Of a stretch of DNA of 64,000 nucleotides, positions 59,680-64,000 are shown in pieces (position 1 is the first letter of the stretch; every line of letters begins with the position of its first letter). The DNA lies in the NCBI GenBank assembly GCA_958295855.1, contig OY282383.1, forward strand, positions 1,404,481 through 1,468,480. Reading direction: 5' to 3'. The DNA comes from an uncultured Poribacteria bacterium (GTDB taxonomy: Bacteria > Poribacteria > WGA-4E > WGA-3G). The notes under the pieces are model-generated. The model did not search any database. It had not been told where the DNA came from and saw nothing but the letters and a program-made list of their open reading frames with translations. Position numbers and translations under genes: made by a program.

Positions 59680-61095
59680 ATGAAAGCAATAATCATAGGG
59701 GCGGGGGAGGTGGGTTTTCATACAGCGAAACTGCTAACTACCGAAGCGAACGATGTCGTTCTCATCGATGAATCCGTTGAAGCCTGCAACCGAGTCAGTG
59801 AACAATTAGATTTGCAGACTTTACGCGGTTCTGGTGCCTCCCCGCGTCTTCTCAAAACAGCCGGTATTGACGAGGCTGGGCTCCTCATTGCGGTTACGAA
59901 CAGCGATGAAATTAACATGCTTGCTTGTCAGATAGCTGACCGGTACAGCGTTGGCACCAAGATTGCGCGCGTCTCAAATACTGACTACTTTTCATCTGGA
60001 AGCGGACTCACGCCCAAGGATTTCGGCATAGACCTCTTGGTTAATCCTGAACAGCTTTGTGTAGCCGAATTTGTTCGCCTTTTAAAGATACCTGAAGCGA
60101 AAGAGATTGTTGAATTTGAGGGAGGCACGGTACAACTTGTCTCTTTTCGCATCAAAAAGACTAACCCCTTGGTTGGAAAATCTCTTGCTGAGTTAGATAA
60201 CAGTGGACTTTTAGCCGATATTCGATTTGCCGCAATTAGCAGGCGAGGGGGTGGTTTAACGGCACGGCGGAGCGTGCCTACTACTTTCGCAAACAGGTAC
60301 ATTATCATTCCTAGAGGCACAGATATTTTGGAACAAGGAGATGATGTATTCGTTATTGGTAGCGCGTTGGCAGTCGAACAGTTGCTGCGCCTGAACGGAA
60401 TCATGTTTAACGAATACCTTGACCGGGTCATTATTGTTGGTGCGAGCCCCATCGGCATCCAACTCGCCCGCACCCTAGAACAAAACAACACTGATGTTAA
60501 ACTCATTGAAGCCAGTCAAGAGCGGGCAGAATTGGCCTCGCGGCTCTTGAAACGGACGACTGTCTTACACGGCGACTATCTCCAATTCAGGCTTCTTGAG
60601 GAAGCAGGAGTCCTTGATGTGAACGGGTTTGTCTCTGTCACAGGTGACGATGAAAACGATATTATGGCGTGCATGACAGCGAAAGAGAACGGTGCACAGC
60701 GCGCCCTCGCCCTGATTCAGCAGCCACGCTACCTGCCGCTGTTGGCACGGATTCCACGGCTTGATGGGGTAGTCAGTCGGCACCTCTCCGTGGTCAGCAA
60801 CATCCTCCGGCTCATTCGCCGTGGGAATATTGTTTCTGTTGCGTCGCTCCATGGCATAGATGCAGAAGTTATTGAAATTGTCGCAGGTATCAACGCGAAA
60901 ATTGTTCACAAGGAGCTTCTGTCATTCAAAACGAAATTTCCAGAAAACGCTTTTATTGGTGCAGTCCTCCGGCGCGACAAACTCATTATTCCGAACGGGC
61001 AGTCTGTTATCCAACCCGCAGATCGTGTTATTGTCTTTAGTATGCCTGATGCAATTCCTATTGTGGAAGATCTGTTCGCGGAACGCAGAATATAG
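59680..61095 (+). CDS. trkA: Trk potassium uptake system NAD-binding protein TrkA (two RCK-N/RCK-C pairs) with in-frame C-repeat insertion
   Basis: GAGEVG and GASPIG Rossmann motifs. Insert GGLTARRSVPTTFAN at 60253-60290 sits in the first RCK_C, just before the IIPRGTD strand. Confidence 0.85.
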   Translation: MKAIIIGAGEVGFHTAKLLTTEANDVVLIDESVEACNRVSEQLDLQTLRGSGASPRLLKTAGIDEAGLLIAVTNSDEINMLACQIADRYSVGTKIARVSNTDYFSSGSGLTPKDFGIDLLVNPEQLCVAEFVRLLKIPEAKEIVEFEGGTVQLVSFRIKKTNPLVGKSLAELDNSGLLADIRFAAISRRGGGLTARRSVPTTFANRYIIIPRGTDILEQGDDVFVIGSALAVEQLLRLNGIMFNEYLDRVIIVGASPIGIQLARTLEQNNTDVKLIEASQERAELASRLLKRTTVLHGDYLQFRLLEEAGVLDVNGFVSVTGDDENDIMACMTAKENGAQRALALIQQPRYLPLLARIPRLDGVVSRHLSVVSNILRLIRRGNIVSVASLHGIDAEVIEIVAGINAKIVHKELLSFKTKFPENAFIGAVLRRDKLIIPNGQSVIQPADRVIVFSMPDAIPIVEDLFAERRI

Positions 61096-61111
61096 GCATG
61101 GGATTCGTGGC

Positions 61112-61196
61112 TTTTCGTCATTCCTTGCGGAGAATTGAGAATGCTTGGTAGGTCTGGCAATGTACTGTAGATCTCGTCGGAGGTTTCTGATGCAAC
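61112..61196. repeat. D-family repeat
   Basis: ttttcgtcattccttgcggagaattgagaatgcttggtaggtctggcaatgtactgtagatctcgtcggaggtttctgatgcaa. Confidence 0.8.
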
Positions 61197-61252
61197 CTCA
61201 ATTAGGAGGAAGTACTCTACAACTTGTAAGAACCCCGATTTTGAGACAAAGT

Positions 61253-61400
61253 AAATACCCCGCAAAGCGGGGCGAATCCCACCGCGGAAAACTCGGAGCA
61301 GAATGCACGTCGCATAAGTAAGAAATAAAAAAGTTGCTTGCTAATCACGCGCAACTTGGGCGCAAAGGGTGTTAGCCCCCGCTTTGCGGGGGATATCACC
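61253..61400. repeat. A variant + E (GC-stem variant) + A variant
   Basis: ccccgcaaagcgggg ... gcataagtaagaaataaaaaagttgcttgctaatcacgcgcaacttggg ... cccccgctttgcggggg. Confidence 0.75.
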
Positions 61401-61456
61401 TACTCGCCGCAAAACTGAATTGACGAAAGCTCTCGTCGGAGGTTTTTGATGCAAGG

Positions 61457-61540
61457 TTTACATAAGAGTCCTCTGACGAGATCTGTAAGGGTTTTTGAAC
61501 TACAGCGGAAAGCATGGTACTCCGCAAGGTATGTTAAAAA
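61457..61540 (+). repeat. G element, second copy (leader of trkH)
   Basis: See 59596-59676. Confidence 0.6.
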
Positions 61541-61557
61541 ACTGAATACCATTCCCC

Positions 61558-63063
61558 ATGAGTCGTAAGTTAATTTTCTACACCTTCGGTAATTTGCTAA
61601 TTTGTCTTGCTGGCACTATGTTATTCCCCGTGGGAGTGGCTATCTACTATCAGGTGGCAGCAGATGAACCCCAGACAGATTTAGTCACGTTTATTTTGTC
61701 AGCAGTACTCACCGTAATTGTTGGTTTCATCCTTCGCTTCAGTATGAGGACGCGACAGCAAGAACTTGGCATCCGCGAGGGCTTTGCTGTCGTTGCCTTG
61801 GGTTGGGTAACGGTTGCCTTCTTTGGCGCGTTTCCCTACATGTTTGCGGGGGTGTTTAAAACAGATGGCCGCTTGCCTTTGACAGAATTCTCCTTCTGCT
61901 ATTTTGAATCACTAGCTGGGTTTACAACGACAGGCGCGACAGTCCTAACAGAGATTGAGCACCTTTCGCATGCAATGCTATTCTGGCGAAGCTTCTCACA
62001 CTGGCTCGGTGGGATGGGGATAGTTGTCCTTGCCGTGGCAATCCTTCCGATGCTCGGTGTCGGCGGCATGCAGTTGTTTCGAGCGGAGGCACCGGGGCCC
62101 CAAACTGACCGGCTCACGCCGCGCATCGCCCAAACTGCTAAACTGCTTTGGGGGGTTTATCTCCTCCTGTCTATCGTAGAAACTGTGTTACTACAGCTCG
62201 GGGGCATGTCTCTCTTTGACGCACTGTGCCATACGTTCGGAACAATGGCAACTGGTGGTTTTTCGACAAAAAACCTCAGCATCGCACATTACGATAGCGT
62301 TTATATTGACCTTGTTATCAGTCTCTTTATGTTTCTCGCTGGCACCAATTTCGCGCTTCATTACCGCGCGCTCCATGGCAATGTTAAAGCCTATCTTCAA
62401 GATACGGAATTCAAATTTTACTGCATCGTTATCGCTGTGAGTATCACTTTAATCTCATGGAATACTGTCAGATTTCAGGTTGATGGGCAGGTGCCTTATG
62501 AGTCAATGTGGGTATCGTTACGCTATGCTACATTTCAGGTTATGTCCATTATTACAACCACAGGCTACGGCACCGCTGACTTTGAAAAATGGCCCGCCCT
62601 TTCCCAATTCATCTTAGTGACGCTTATGTTCTACGGCGGGTGTGCAGGCTCAACTGGTGGTGGCATGAAACAGATACGGTTTCTACTCCTTATCAAACAG
62701 AGCCGTGCCGAAATTAAACGAATCCTCTTCCCACATGCAGTACTACCTATTCGCGTAAACGACAGAGTCATCCCAGCCGAAGTCATGACAAACGTCCTCG
62801 GATTTTTCTTCTTTTTTATCGGAATTTTTGCGATTGTAACGTGTGTCATGGCAACATTAGGGCTTGACCTCGTCAGTGCCGCAGGATGTACAATTGCCAC
62901 GATGGGAAACATAGGCCCCGGCCTCGGCAGTGTGGGCCCCACGGACAACTATGCACATATTCCCACTGCTGGAAAATTCATCCTGTCTTTCTGTATGTTG
63001 CTGGGACGCTTGGAACTCTATACCGTGCTTATCCTCTTTTCACCGAATTTTTGGAAGAGGTAG
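61558..63063 (+). CDS. trkH: TrkH/KtrB-family potassium uptake membrane protein
   Basis: Polytopic. Selectivity-filter-like GTTGYG-type motifs (TTTGAT, TTTGYGT, SGGMKQ). Confidence 0.85.
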   Translation: MSRKLIFYTFGNLLICLAGTMLFPVGVAIYYQVAADEPQTDLVTFILSAVLTVIVGFILRFSMRTRQQELGIREGFAVVALGWVTVAFFGAFPYMFAGVFKTDGRLPLTEFSFCYFESLAGFTTTGATVLTEIEHLSHAMLFWRSFSHWLGGMGIVVLAVAILPMLGVGGMQLFRAEAPGPQTDRLTPRIAQTAKLLWGVYLLLSIVETVLLQLGGMSLFDALCHTFGTMATGGFSTKNLSIAHYDSVYIDLVISLFMFLAGTNFALHYRALHGNVKAYLQDTEFKFYCIVIAVSITLISWNTVRFQVDGQVPYESMWVSLRYATFQVMSIITTTGYGTADFEKWPALSQFILVTLMFYGGCAGSTGGGMKQIRFLLLIKQSRAEIKRILFPHAVLPIRVNDRVIPAEVMTNVLGFFFFFIGIFAIVTCVMATLGLDLVSAAGCTIATMGNIGPGLGSVGPTDNYAHIPTAGKFILSFCMLLGRLELYTVLILFSPNFWKR

Positions 63064-63077
63064 GCATTACGCGATTT

Positions 63078-63243
63078 TTTTCGTCATTCCTTGCGGAGAA
63101 ATCAGCAAATGTAAGAAATAAAAAAGTTGTTCATTAAAATTCACAACTTGGTATGAAACCCCTGCTTTGCAGGGGCAAATACCATTGGCAAGAGAGGTCT
63201 AACAATGCACTATAAATCTCGTCGGAGGTTTTTGACGCAAGGT
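63078..63243. repeat. composite nested repeat D-left + E + A + D-right (same architecture as 3563-3737)
   Basis: tcgtcattccttgcggagaaatcagcaaatgtaagaaataaaaaagttgttcattaaaattcacaacttgg ... cccctgctttgcaggggcaaataccattggca ... tctcgtcggaggtttttgacgcaagg. Confidence 0.85.
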
Positions 63244-63280
63244 TACAGAATAAATGCCAAGGGAGGCACCGCTCTACTTT

Positions 63281-63976
63281 ATGAACACTGATAAACTGCG
63301 CAGAGAATACATAGCACACAGCGGACACCTGCTTGAGCAGCATGCCGCCCCCGAACCATTTGAACAGTTTGAGAAGTGGTTCGCTGATGCGACCCGGGCC
63401 AAACTCGATCTACCGGATGCAATGACATTGGCAACCTCGAGCCTACAGGGAATTCCCTCTGCCCGCATGGTAGTGCTCAGAGGCTTTGATGCAAAAGGTT
63501 TCTGTTTTTATACAGACTATGAGAGCCAAAAGGGAAAGGAGCTCGTGCAGAACCCGAACGCCGCGCTCGTCTTCTATTGGCGTGAACTTGACCGGCAGGT
63601 GCGAAGCACCGGCATCGTTGAAAAAATGAGCGAGGCGGAATCAGATGCCTATTTCGCCAGCCGCCCGGTTGAGAGTCAACTCGCAGTGTGGGCAGAACGC
63701 CAAAGCCGCGTTATCGCAGGACGAGAACACCTTACGGAAGGCTTCAGGCAGGCAGAACAGACCTATTCACCTGATTTGCCTATCAGCTCAACTCAATATC
63801 AGAATGTAGAAGCACGAATTGATAGTCAAATTCCACGGCCACCTTATTGGGGTGGCTACCGGCTCGTACCCAATCTGTTTGAATTTTGGCAGGGATGTCC
63901 AAACCGACTCCACGACCGGCTCTGTTACACGCTGCAACCCTCAGGCACGTGGGAAATGACGCGCCTGTCGCCGTGA
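63281..63976 (+). CDS. pdxH: pyridoxamine 5'-phosphate oxidase
   Basis: RMVVLRGFD, FYTDYESQKG, RQVRSTG and P--WGGYRL motifs. Confidence 0.85.
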   Translation: MNTDKLRREYIAHSGHLLEQHAAPEPFEQFEKWFADATRAKLDLPDAMTLATSSLQGIPSARMVVLRGFDAKGFCFYTDYESQKGKELVQNPNAALVFYWRELDRQVRSTGIVEKMSEAESDAYFASRPVESQLAVWAERQSRVIAGREHLTEGFRQAEQTYSPDLPISSTQYQNVEARIDSQIPRPPYWGGYRLVPNLFEFWQGCPNRLHDRLCYTLQPSGTWEMTRLSP

Positions 63977-64000
63977 GTCTAACGTTCTGAAACTAAAAGA

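Noticed and set aside
1-64000. tRNA or rRNA genes
   Set aside because: Scanning the intergenic regions by eye, I found no T-arm/acceptor-like GGTTCGAATCC-type motif or rRNA-like segment. All non-coding stretches are accounted for by the repeat families. A tRNAscan or Infernal run would be needed to be definitive.

Overview
This 64 kb window looks like ordinary bacterial chromosomal DNA at roughly 50% GC. It carries housekeeping genes on both strands:
- an NCS2 purine permease, truncated at the window start
- ScpA/ScpB, threonine synthase, class I xylose isomerase, CstA and acetyl-CoA synthetase
- the rimP-nusA-ylxR-infB-DUF503-rbfA-nrnA-ribF-rpsO-pnp block
- the glycine cleavage genes gcvT, gcvH and gcvP
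- trkA, trkH and pdxH
- two CCA-family tRNA nucleotidyltransferase paralogs
- a Rpn (YhgA-like) PD-(D/E)xK nuclease whose 3' half is tandemly duplicated
- several lipoproteins and hypothetical proteins

The standout property is density of short, modular, nested palindromic repeats. I can delineate at least eight families by eye, labelled A to H here, and almost every intergenic space is built from them:
- A: a cccctgctttgcagggg hairpin with an ataccA tail, about 20 copies
- B: gggcaggcacaaggcactgcccctac, about 14 copies
- C: ggcacggagtgtgcctgctact
- D: an ~85-nt element with CCTTGCGGAGA/TCTGACGCAAGG termini, about 15 copies including a 3x tandem array
- E: a terminator-like hairpin followed by a T-run
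- F, G and H: smaller families

Many copies sit inside coding sequences as in-frame insertions, in gcvP, gcvT, trkA and a heptosyltransferase. Others supply stop codons or C-terminal residues of genes. This is a Rickettsia-RPE or Correia-like situation, but modular and nested.

Other notable items are:
- a trypsin-like protease-TPR gene split by a ~520-bp insertion flanked by a 5-bp target-site duplication
- a segmental tandem duplication with EQGI-repeat expansion in rpn
- two secreted tandem-repeat paralogs that have very recent internal duplications
- low-GC islets with small ORFs
- an uncharacterised three-gene minus-strand block made of a cca paralog, a PD-(D/E)xK-like protein and a small protein

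I found no CRISPR array, rRNA or convincing tRNA by eye.
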